A stretch of DNA of 63,954 nt, counting the filler, from Aduncisulcus paluster (Eukaryota): assembly GCA_024181965.1 (NCBI GenBank). It is 6 parts of 6 records of this genome, joined end to end, with 100 filler letters (N's around TTAATTAATTAA, not from the genome) between each part and the next. Parts side by side here need not be neighbours in the genome. Positions count along the whole stretch, not along the records: positions 37,101 to 57,511 come from BQXS01011655.1; positions 57,612 to 59,665 come from BQXS01011663.1; positions 59,766 to 62,033 come from BQXS01011665.1; positions 62,134 to 63,954 come from BQXS01011733.1; 2 more parts are not named here. One strand, given 5' to 3'. Position 1 is the first letter of the stretch. The number at the start of each line of letters is the position of its first letter. Positions 54,728 through 63,954 of this stretch are shown here, in pieces. The notes under the pieces are model-generated. The model was not told the DNA's origin, ran no database searches, and saw nothing but the letters and a program-made list of their open reading frames with translations. The translations under genes were made by a program, and so were the position numbers.

Positions 54728-57441
54728 TCATTTCTTGACTTCCTCTTTCATAACGGGTTCCACACCTGGAGGATGAGGTATTTCAATAATCACGGTTGTT
54801 CCTGCTTGGGGATGAGATGTCACACGGAAACTTCCACCCAAAGCTTGGGTAATATAAAAAGCTTTCAATAGACCAAACCCTTTCCCGAACACTCTCCTTC
54901 CTTCACTCTCACCCTTAACCAAGAGTTGGACGAGACCAACCACATCACCGACACCGACGCCAACACCTCCATCACAAAGTCTGAAATGCAACACTCTCCG
55001 TTGAGGATCGTTCACCATCCAGCAACGGATGGTTGAAGGGGGACTGTANNNNNNNNNNNNNNNNNNNNGGGTTCCACACCTGGAGGATGAGGTATTTCAA
55101 TAATCACGGTTGTTCCTGCTTGGGGATGAGATGTCACACGGAAACTTCCACCCAAAGCTTGGGTAATATAAAAAGCTTTCAATAGACCAAACCCTTTCCC
55201 GAACACTCTCCTTCCTTCACTCTCACCCTTAACCAAGAGTTGGACGAGACCAACCACATCACCGACACCGACGCCAACACCTCCATCACAAAGTCTGAAA
55301 TGCAACACTCTCCGTTGAGGATCGTTCACCATCCAGCAACGGATGGTTGAAGGGGGACTGTATTTACGAGCGTTTAGTAGCATATCTTTGAAGAGATCTT
55401 CCATCACACTTGGCATCCACATCTTGTCCCAAAAGGCTCCAAAGGGTCCACTCTTCTCCAGTGACCCATCCCCAAGACGTGTGACAAGCACAGCAGGCCC
55501 GGAAGAGGAGGAATATTCGCCAGTTCTTGAGCCAGATGTCTCATGAGTGGTCGATTCAGTCTCAGATGCAAGTTCAGCGTCTTCAATGGGACCAGGGATA
55601 CCAGCACTCTCAATGCCAAGGGATATAACAAAACGATGGACAAGACGAGGGTCAAACATCTTTCTTCTTGCAACCCTAGTCTTGACATCAGCACTGAAAC
55701 CACGCTCTGTGGCTGGGTTGATGGGCTCGACGAAAGCATACTTGGGATTGAGTAACTCACGTTCATTTCCAATCACACAGATCCTATGATCAAGCTGGGA
55801 ATCGGGGGATAAGTTGATGGCAGCGCAAGTGTCAACAAACCTGGACAAAATACTCTGGACACTGACAAGCTCCCATTCTCCAGATAAGAGACTTGGGCGT
55901 TCTGGAGGAGGGGCGCTGAGAAAGTTGCGGGTAACAAGAGTATGGCCAGCGAAGAGTTCCTTGAGTCTGACATCGAACACTGGCATGACAAAGTTCCGAA
56001 GGTAATCACAGTACTGATTTCCTTGGTTATGAAGGAGGATCTTCTCTTCAACTAACTTCCTCCATTGTTTAATGAAAGCAAGGATTTCTTTCAGTTGTTG
56101 CTCAACACTCTTCTTACCAAAATAGGAAGGATCGACAAGAACGGCAGCAAAACGTCTCTTGAGATAAATGACAAGATCATCATACTCCTTGATTCCAGTC
56201 AATCCTTTGGGAGTAGCAACACGGGATACGACAAACACCCTTCCAACAAGAGTGAAGATGTTAACAACACTATGAAGGATCAATAGAACTTCCTGAAGGC
56301 ATGAGAGCTTGTGTTGTCTGTTGTTGAGACGAATGGTCGTACGAGTCTCGAAGGACAGGCCCTGGAGAACAGCAGCGGCGTTCAAGAGACCATCATCGGG
56401 AGTTAGACGTGTAGGATCATGAAGGGACTCACGGGTGTGTTTTCCAGTGGGATCAAGAACTCGAACACGGATCTTCTCTTGCTCACTGATATCACTCGTG
56501 AGGAAAGCACACTCATTTATCTGTTCAAGAGTCCATCTCTTCTCGGGATCTTTTTCGAGCATTCCACGAAGAAGTTCTTCAAGGGAGGGAAGCAAGGGTC
56601 CGGGAAAGACAAGTGGATTATGAATAATAGAAGAAAACAAATGACGAGCGGCACGTTGAGAAACAGATTCCTTACCCTTTGGAGGAGTTCGTGGAGGGGC
56701 TACTTCAAACGGATGAGCTCCAAAAGTCATAATATACAGGGATACGCCAAGACCCCAAGAGTCACCGGAAAAAGAGGGTTTTGCCCGACTCCCTTCCAAC
56801 AGGGATTCGGGAGGTTGGAAAGCAGGGGAACCAACCCTGGCCTTTCCAAGATTGGAGGCCAAAGCAACAAGAGAAAAATCAGCGACTTTGGCAACTCCGT
56901 TTGAAGATCTTAAAAGGTTTGGACATTTGATATCACCATGAATAAGTCCCTTTCCTTTGAGATATAACAAACCATCTACAACATTACGAATATATGATCG
57001 CAATAATGGAATAGGAAGCGGTCTAGCTGAAATACGAATTGCACCCTCGTGCATATATTCAGTAATATTACAAATTGGACCATCAAGAAGCTCCATAATC
57101 ATGATGATCTTTCTGGACTTCTCTGAGTGTATAACCTCGATTAAACGACAAATATTATCATGATGTAACTTTTTCATAACAGCTATTTCTCGATATACAC
57201 ATTCAAGCAGCGTTTTATCTCCACCTTTTTTTGCAAGTAATTTCTTCTTAAAGATAATTTTGACAGCATATTCTTGTCCATTGAACTTATCAATGGCATA
57301 TTTTACAGTACCAAAAGCACCTTTTCCAAGGGTAGATGCCAATACATATCGATTATTAACAACAGCAGAACCACCGAACTCTTTTTCATGTTTAATGGTT
57401 AACTCACACGTCTCTTTTGTCGGAGATCCTTCACCCGCCAT
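54728..57441 (-). CDS. CAMKK-like Ser/Thr kinase fused to a histidine-kinase (GHKL/HATPase_c) module
   Basis: Kinase: GKGAFGTV, YAVK, REIAVMKKLHH, IHGDIKCPN, ADFS, GSPAFQPPE, DSWGLG. HK: LLNARKYS (N box), DGGVG (G1), GKGFGL (G2), GGSFRV..GTTVIIEIP. After collapsing the duplication around the 55049-55068 gap the protein ends PPGVEPVMKEEVKK* at 54728. Confidence 0.88.
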
Positions 57442-57511
57442 GTATAAAAATGGGTGATGAGATTGTGTGGGCTTTTGTGGGCAAATATGACGAAAGAAAA
57501 CCCTTCAGGGG

Positions 57512-57611
57512 NNNNNNNNNNNNNNNNNNNNNNNNNNNNNNNNNNNNNNNNNNNNTTAATTAATTAANNNNNNNNNNNNNNNNNNNNNNNNNNNNNNNNN
57601 NNNNNNNNNNN
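57512..57611. other. Artificial contig linker
   Basis: N-run, TTAATTAATTAA, N-run. Confidence 0.98.
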
Positions 57612-59196
57612 CACTGCCTCCAACACAGAACTCCATCAGGAAGCCATACACACCTTTCATATCGCAATCAAGCAGGTCAAGGATATACAGAGGACGTGGG
57701 ATACGGTTGAAACATTTGGGATTGTTAAACAACTTGAGTTGCACTTTAAACTCCTTCCGACACCCTTTCACAACAGTTTTGTCCGCAATCCGAAGCATCT
57801 TCTTCAGAACACATGGGAAAGGAATGCCATCAATAAGAACAAGAAGAACCTCTCCGAACCCACCACTGCCAATGATGCACTGTGAAGTCAGCGTGGATGC
57901 AGATGTCAGGGTTAGCGAGTCGTGCTTGGGGTTATACTTGGGCTTGCCATCCTTGGGGTTATGTTTCTTTTTATCCTTATGTTTCTTCGGTTTGGTGTCT
58001 TTTGGTCTTGGATCCTTATCATTTCCTTCAATAACAATTTCTTTCACAGGTTTTGAAGCCAAAGACAAAGTTGATGTGGGTGTCTTGGAGGAACTGGAAG
58101 GAACAGGAACAGGAGGAAGAAGAGGATGAGGAGAGGTGGGAATATCATCACCTCGAAGGAAAACAAGGGATTCGATGTCGAAATCTCGACTATTCTTATT
58201 ACACCACGTTCCATTCCCTTCAATCTCACACAATACAACGTTATCCGAATCAATAGGAAGGAAGTGCCATTCATATGAATGTTTAGGTCTTGTGAATTCA
58301 TACTTCTTGCATGTTTTCTTACCGTCACAATCAGTGAAAGTGAAGAGAAGAGAGGGTGAACTATTAAAATCATCCACACAGATATAAGCACCTTTCATTG
58401 GACTAGGTGATGGGAAAGGAATGGAAAGATGGGATAATTCAACACCGCCTTCCCCTTTTAACATTTTTTGTGCATTTAAACTCTGATCATACTCCTCAGA
58501 TTCCTTACTCACCGAATCATCCTTGCACTTAACAATTGAGAATGAAGGATCTACAAGCTTTGGATCATCTCGTGGAATGGGAATAGAATCTCTATCCCCC
58601 TCCTGAACAAACTCTGATTTCACAACTGGAGCTTCAGACCATAGTTTCTCTTTAGCTTCACGAGATTTGATTTCTTCAGGGGTTTCTTCTCTACTAATGA
58701 ATACGAAGGATTGAATTCTAAAAGACTCTTTCTTTCTTCCTTTCCCTGTAATCTCACACAGAACAACATCAGGGAGATCAACAGGAAGGAAATACCAACG
58801 CCAACCATCAAATTCAGGAAACTCGTATTTCTTGGATGTTTTCTCACCCTTTGAAGATGTGAGAGTGAAAATAAGGTGTGATGGAGGTGAATCAATAGAA
58901 AGATAATTGCGTAGACAGATATAAGCCCCTTTCATTGGGGAAGATGAAGAGAAAGGAATGGAGATATGGGTAAAATGTCCACCATTATCCTCTCCTTTCA
59001 TCATATCTTGTGCTTTAGAACTCTGATCGTACTTTTTATCACCTACTTCCTCAGTTCCATCTATTGCTTTGATAGTTGGAAATGCTGCACCCTTAATATT
59101 GGGGGAATCTCGAGAAATTGGACAGCACCAATGTTGTCCTTCATGAACAAACTCAGGTTGCACAGTTTGAATAACAGCATCTGTGGATGAACTCAT
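57612..59196 (-). CDS. Two beta-rich domains plus Ser/Thr kinase (3'-partial)
   Basis: Two repeats (HISIPF..MKGAYIC..FT....G.K..KKYEF..W.FLP.D...VVLCEI.G.G), a Pro/Lys linker, then LTLTSA..CIIGSGGFGEVLLV..PCVLKKM..CRKEFKVQ..MEFCVGG. Cut at contig end. Confidence 0.9.
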
Positions 59197-59665
59197 TTGA
59201 ATAGAGATAGAATTTCTTATCTAAAAAATATAATAACAAGCAGAATAATGAATGAATCCGGTTAAAATATTTCTTAATATACATTTAATAAAAGATATGG
59301 CATATAGTAAACATACAATTTGCTTGTACGACGAGAAAAAATGGACATCGGTGCTTAGCCGCCAACAGACTGAACAAGCAACCCTTCAATAGATAAGATT
59401 GGAAAATTATAAAAACACATATAAACGAGTTAAATGCTGATAAATGATAAAAACATGTTTTATTTTCATTTCCATGCCATGGTGTTTATTCTCGATATCT
59501 CAGGCTTTTGGAGACCCCTCAGGACTGGATATAGTTCCATTTCACGTGTTAAGAACATTTATGAACGATTTCAATGCTATTCAATAACATGGATATATTT
59601 CCATTTCATTTCTATCCTTATCCTTGCCTTTCTGTTTCATTTTCACTTGCTTTTGCTTACAATCA

Positions 59666-59765
59666 NNNNNNNNNNNNNNNNNNNNNNNNNNNNNNNNNNN
59701 NNNNNNNNNTTAATTAATTAANNNNNNNNNNNNNNNNNNNNNNNNNNNNNNNNNNNNNNNNNNNN
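59666..59765. other. Artificial contig linker
   Basis: N-run, TTAATTAATTAA, N-run. Confidence 0.98.
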
Positions 59766-60259
59766 CGTTTCTTCCGTCCATGCACAAGCACTACGTGTCT
59801 AGGCATGAGCTTCGTCAAGAAATCCCTGGTTTGAGGGTAATCTGAGTGTGCACTGAAAGACACTTCTTTGATCTCGATCTGACGAGCTACTCTGACACCT
59901 CCAAGGGTCGTGATTTCAGTTGGTTCTCTGAGAATATCAAATCCAAACGTGCCTTCAACGCAATACCCTGTGATAACGACTCCGTTGTTTCCATCAGAGG
60001 CCCACTTATCGAAGAGATGCCGGGAGAGACCACTCTGAAGCATTCCGGGAGCTGCTAACACAACACAGGGAAAGGAGTCATGTCTTTTCACCTGATGGGT
60101 CCGCATTAGACGTGAATAAGAAGATGAAGAACTCTTTGACTCGTGAGACAAAGAGGATGTACCAGTTGTTTTGGACATTCCATCTTTTTTCAAGATCGAT
60201 AGTCTCTTCTTCTCTTTCCTTTCGAGGTCAGTTCTTAGAGCAATCGAATTTTGCCTTGG
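59766..60259 (-). CDS. CPSF3: CPSF73/Ysh1 beta-CASP fragment; N-terminal MBL domain absent and 3' end cut by contig end
   Basis: PCVVLAAPGMLQSGLSRHLFDKW, GVVITGYCVEGT, VSFSAHSDY, HVVLVHG. Frame is closed upstream by TGA at 60262-60260. Confidence 0.85.
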
Positions 60260-61053
60260 TCATTGGATATTGTAAGATCAATTTTTTGGTGGGCTTTACT
60301 TGTTGGCTTTGTTGGTACTTTTATGGCCATCCTTACAGTCGCATATCGGACGGCCAAAAAGCTTGATAATCCCTCTCCAACTACTTGTTTTGCTAATTAT
60401 ATATCTATTTTAAGATTTGTATTTTTTCCAGCGATTCCTATTGCGATTAACCTTCTGTTTGATTTTGGAATTCTACGATATCTACGAGAGCATATCAATA
60501 TATTTGTGGGTATTTACGGGTATATTCTATTTTTTTGCCCTTATTTGTGTCATCACTTCTTCTGTTTCAGCAATCCAATATCAAAATGCTGAAAAAAAGA
60601 AACCCCATGTAGCCGAAATGAAAGCTCCCATAATCTCAGTCGATGATATTCCAAAGTACAGTATTTCAAATCCATTGTCAAATCCCAAACCTAAGAAAAC
60701 ATCTAGTGTTAACAACTCACAGCATTCTTTCCCAGGACATGTGCCTCATACGTATCCTAATCATATTCCTCAAAGCAGTGGAATATTTTCAGAACAAGTG
60801 TAATAATAACATGAGTCATTTCTCCATCGGTAGTGGCAGCGTATCACCTTCCACTGTCGGACCCTCCCTTATATTACCCTCACACTCGGTTACCCATCGT
60901 TCCCGTGCCTACGGACAATATTCTGGCGGAGTAAGCTCGCCCTCGACATCATCTCCTGCCGGCTCAAGTTCTCACACGTCCATTCCTTATAATTGTATCA
61001 TTCCCACAATAGCCCATCAAACCAGATCCTTGACACCCATCATTAGAGAATAG
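60251..61053 (+). pseudogene. 5'-truncated, twice-frameshifted membrane protein fragment
   Basis: Three hydrophobic helices (60251..60592) continue via overlapping ORFs 60417..60803 and 60643..61053 into a Ser/Pro-rich tail. Shifts are at or near T runs; no ATG start. Confidence 0.5.
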
Positions 61054-61365
61054 AAGATCGATGCAAAATAGCCACCGAGACATTACATGATTTATCTGGA
61101 TTTGAAAAAATCGTGAAGATTCACTTCCAACGAGAAACTGATTTGTAAAACGTTTAAAAATGGTTTCATTGGTGCTTTGTAACGATAGAATTTCTATTTT
61201 TAGAAAGTAAAAAACATTCTTTATTAATATGAGTGCGAATGACAACTATACACATCTAACATGAAACTGCTGAAGAAGAAATAATCAACAAATAAGGAAA
61301 CAGCTCCCAAATATAAGAAGAACAATAACAAAATGCAAGATTATACTGTACGAGTCGGATAAAGA

Positions 61366-61530
61366 TCAGAAATCCTCTTCCTCAGTTGTCTCTTCCTCTT
61401 CTTCTGTCTCTTCATCTTCCTCATCATCAATAGGAGCATCTTGGTAATACTTATACTCTGCGATGAGATCTTGGATGTTAGCTTCTGCTTCTGTAAAGAT
61501 ATTCCGAATTAATGGGACTTTTTTTACCAT
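61366..61530 (-). CDS. 54-aa ORF encoding a second, divergent beta-tubulin C-terminus
   Basis: Hand translation: MVKKVPLIRNIFTEAEANIQDLIAEYKYYQDAPIDDEEDEETEEEEETTEEEDF*. Aligns with [28 protein letters not shown]...GDF. Coding status uncertain. Confidence 0.55.
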   Translation of the reverse strand: MVKKVPLIRNIFTEAEANIQDLIAEYKYYQDAPIDDEEDEETEEEEETTEEEDF

Positions 61531-61804
61531 GGGATATAATAATTCTTAAAAGATGCGATTTTGTTGTTTTGTATGTGACCAAGATGATATAACCCCCCTT
61601 GATATTATTTCAATATTCTAAAAATACAGAAATCCAAAAACAATTTCAATTGGGTTAGAATATTAACATTATATTAATAACTTGTTATTCATGTATGAAC
61701 TATCTCGTTCAATAGCTCAAATAAACAAAAATGATAACAAAAATCAAGATGACTCTATTTATTGTTATAATATTTATGTTAGATAATGCGTTAAACTAAG
61801 GAAC

Positions 61805-62032
61805 TTAGAAGTCACCCTCCATTTCGTCCTCACCTTCCATCTCTTCACCCTCGTCATCGTCGACGGAGGCGTCCTGGTATTGTTGGTACTCAGAGACAAG
61901 ATCGGTCATGTTCATCTCAGCTTCAGAGAATTCCATGTCATCCATACCCTCACCAGTGTACCAGTGAAGGAAAGCTCTACGAGTGAACATAGCACGGAAT
62001 TGGTCATGGACACGACGGAAGAGCTCCTGGAT
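61805..62032 (-). CDS. TUBB: Beta-tubulin, 3' end (5'-partial)
   Basis: [55 protein letters not shown] plus acidic tail. Confidence 0.97.
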   Translation of the reverse strand: MQELFRRVHDQFRAMFTRRAFLHWYTGEGMDDMEFSEAEMNMTDLVSEYQQYQDASVDDDEGEEMEGEDEMEGDF

Positions 62033-62033
62033 G

Positions 62034-62133
62034 NNNNNNNNNNNNNNNNNNNNNNNNNNNNNNNNNNNNNNNNNNNNTTAATTAATTAANNNNNNNNNNN
62101 NNNNNNNNNNNNNNNNNNNNNNNNNNNNNNNNN
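62034..62133. other. Artificial contig linker
   Basis: N-run, TTAATTAATTAA, N-run. Confidence 0.98.
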
Positions 62134-63732
62134 GAACTCACACTGCCTCAACACAGAACTCCATCAGGAAGCCATACACACCTTTCATATCGGAATCAAG
62201 CAAGTCAAGGATATACAGAGGACGTGGGATACGGTTGAAACATTTGGGATTCGTAAACAACTTGAGTTGCACTTTAAACTCCTTCCGACACCCTTTCACA
62301 ACAGTTTTGTCCGCAATCCGAAGCATCTTCTTCAGAACACATGGGAAAGGAATGCCATCAACTTTGACAAGAAGAACCTCTCCGAACCCACCACTGCCAA
62401 TGATGCACTGTGAAGTCAGCGTGGATGCAGATGTCAGGGTTAGCGAGTCGTGCTTGGGGTTATACTTGGGCTTGAAATCCTTGGGGTTATGTTTCTTTTT
62501 ATCCTTATGTTTCTTCTGTTTGGTGTCTTTTGGTGCTGAATCCTTATCATTTCCTTTAATAACAACTTCTTGTTTAACTTCTTCTTCTTTCATTGGTTTT
62601 GATGGCAAAAGGAAAAATGATGTGCGTTTCTTGGAGGACCTGGAAGGAACAGGAGTAAGAAGAGGAGAAGCGGAGGGAATATCGTCACCTCGAATGAAAA
62701 CAATGGAGTAGATGATGAAACCTCGACTATTCTTCTCTTTCCAGGTTCCTTTCCCTTCAATCTCACACAATACAACATTATCCAAATCAATAGGAAGGAA
62801 GTGCCATTCATAATCATGTTTAGGTCTTGTGTATTCATACTTCTTGAATATCTCCTTACCATCACAATCAGTGAAAGTGAAGAGAAGAGAGGGTGAACTT
62901 ATATTCCTACCCACACAGATATAAGCACCTTTCATTGAACTAGGTGATGGGAAAGGGATTGAAAGATGGGATAAAGTAACCCAATCTTCCCCTTTTAACA
63001 TTTTTTGTGCTCTTGAACTCTGATCATACTCCTCAGATTCCTTACTATACGCAACATTCTTGCACTTAACCATTGAGAATGAAGGATCTACAAGCTTTAG
63101 ATCATCTCGTGGTATGGGAATAGATTTTCTACCTCCTTCCTTAACAAACTCTGGTTTTACAACTTGAGCTTCAGACCATAGTTTCTCTTTGTCTTCATGA
63201 GATATAGTTTCTTCAAGGTTTCTTCCCTACTAATGAAAACAAGGGATCGGATTCTAAAATACTCTTCCCCTCTTCCTTTCCCTATAATCTCACACAGAAC
63301 AACATCAGGGAGATCAACAGGAAGGAAATACCAATGATAATCTTCAAATTCAGTAAATTCGTATTTCTTGGATGTTTTCTCACCCTTTGAAGATGTGAGA
63401 GTGAAGATAAGGTGTGATGGAGGTGAAGCCCAAGATTTACCAAATAGAGAGATATAAGCCCCTTTCATTGGGGAAGATGAAGAGAAAGGAATGGAGATAT
63501 GGGTAAAGAGTCCACCATTATACTCTCCTTTCATCATATATTGTGCTTCAGAAGTCTGGTCATACTTTGTTGTTTTCACAAACAGTATTTTCTTGGTTTG
63601 GTCCTTTGCTTTCAAAAAATCAAACTCTGCACTCTTAATATTGGGGGAATCTCTAGGAATTGGACTGCAACCCTCATCTCCTTCATGAACAAACTGAGGC
63701 TCCACAGTTTGAATCACAGGGGATGAAGTCAT
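62134..63732 (-). pseudogene. Paralog of 57612..59196 (two beta-rich domains plus kinase, 3'-partial) with two 1-nt deletions
   Basis: Colinear with 57612..59196. One base is missing near 63216 (ACC CCT GAA vs ACC TT GAA) and one near 62149 (GTT GGA GGC vs GTT GA GGC). These could be sequencing errors. Confidence 0.8.
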
Positions 63733-63848
63733 TTGAATAGAATATAGAATTTCTTATCTAAAAAATAAAACCAAACAGAAAATTAATAGTATTTGTGAAC
63801 AAACAGAATAATTGCGAATTTCAAGGAGAACAGTCCGAGAAACAAATA

Positions 63849-63887
63849 CAAAACGAACAAAACGAACAAAACGAACAAAACGAACAA
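63849..63887 (+). repeat. 10-bp tandem repeat (CAAAACGAA-type unit, ~4 copies)
   Basis: caaaacgaacaaaacgaacaaaacgaacaaaacgaacaa upstream of the kinase paralog; unit CAAAACGAA is 9 nt when counted exactly. Absent from the homologous upstream region at 59197-59280. Confidence 0.8.
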
Positions 63888-63954
63888 GACACGACCACAC
63901 AGCACAATATAGTGAGTATAATTGAATGGATCCGGTTAAAATATTTCTTAATGT

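Noticed and set aside
54728..55362. Apparent second stand-alone HATPase ORF (54728..55018)
   Set aside because: Duplicate across the 55049-55068 gap; it is the true 3' end of the kinase-HK gene.
22353..62133. Five TTAATTAATTAA palindromes inside N runs
   Set aside because: Artificial linkers. Adjacency across them, such as TTLL with tubulin, has no biological meaning, and ORFs running into them are artefactual.

Overview
Gene-dense, AT-rich, intron-poor eukaryotic (protist) genomic DNA. It is six contigs joined by artificial N44-TTAATTAATTAA-N44 linkers, and five 20-N scaffold gaps duplicate their flanks. The expanded gene families recall a free-living fornicate metamonad such as Aduncisulcus; that is from memory and needs BLAST confirmation. 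Recognisable genes: SGF29-like, ASH2/Bre2-like, a TTLL, STRIP1/Far11, NOP56, RPS9 (one 97-nt intron), a CPSF73 fragment, the 3' end of beta-tubulin and an LRR surface protein. Main points of interest: (1) a modular family in which one kinase clade is joined either to ~335-aa ARM-like repeats or to beta-rich domains, both with near-identical frameworks and focal hypervariable residues, and both also found without the kinase - a candidate intracellular recognition system; (2) a CAMKK-like Ser/Thr kinase fused to a bacterial-type histidine kinase; (3) a ~10 kb decayed island with three Plavaka/CACTA-like transposase copies; (4) an orphan ORF encoding a beta-tubulin C-terminal tail; (5) two +1 frameshifts in purine tracts and one in-frame TGA that split otherwise intact genes.
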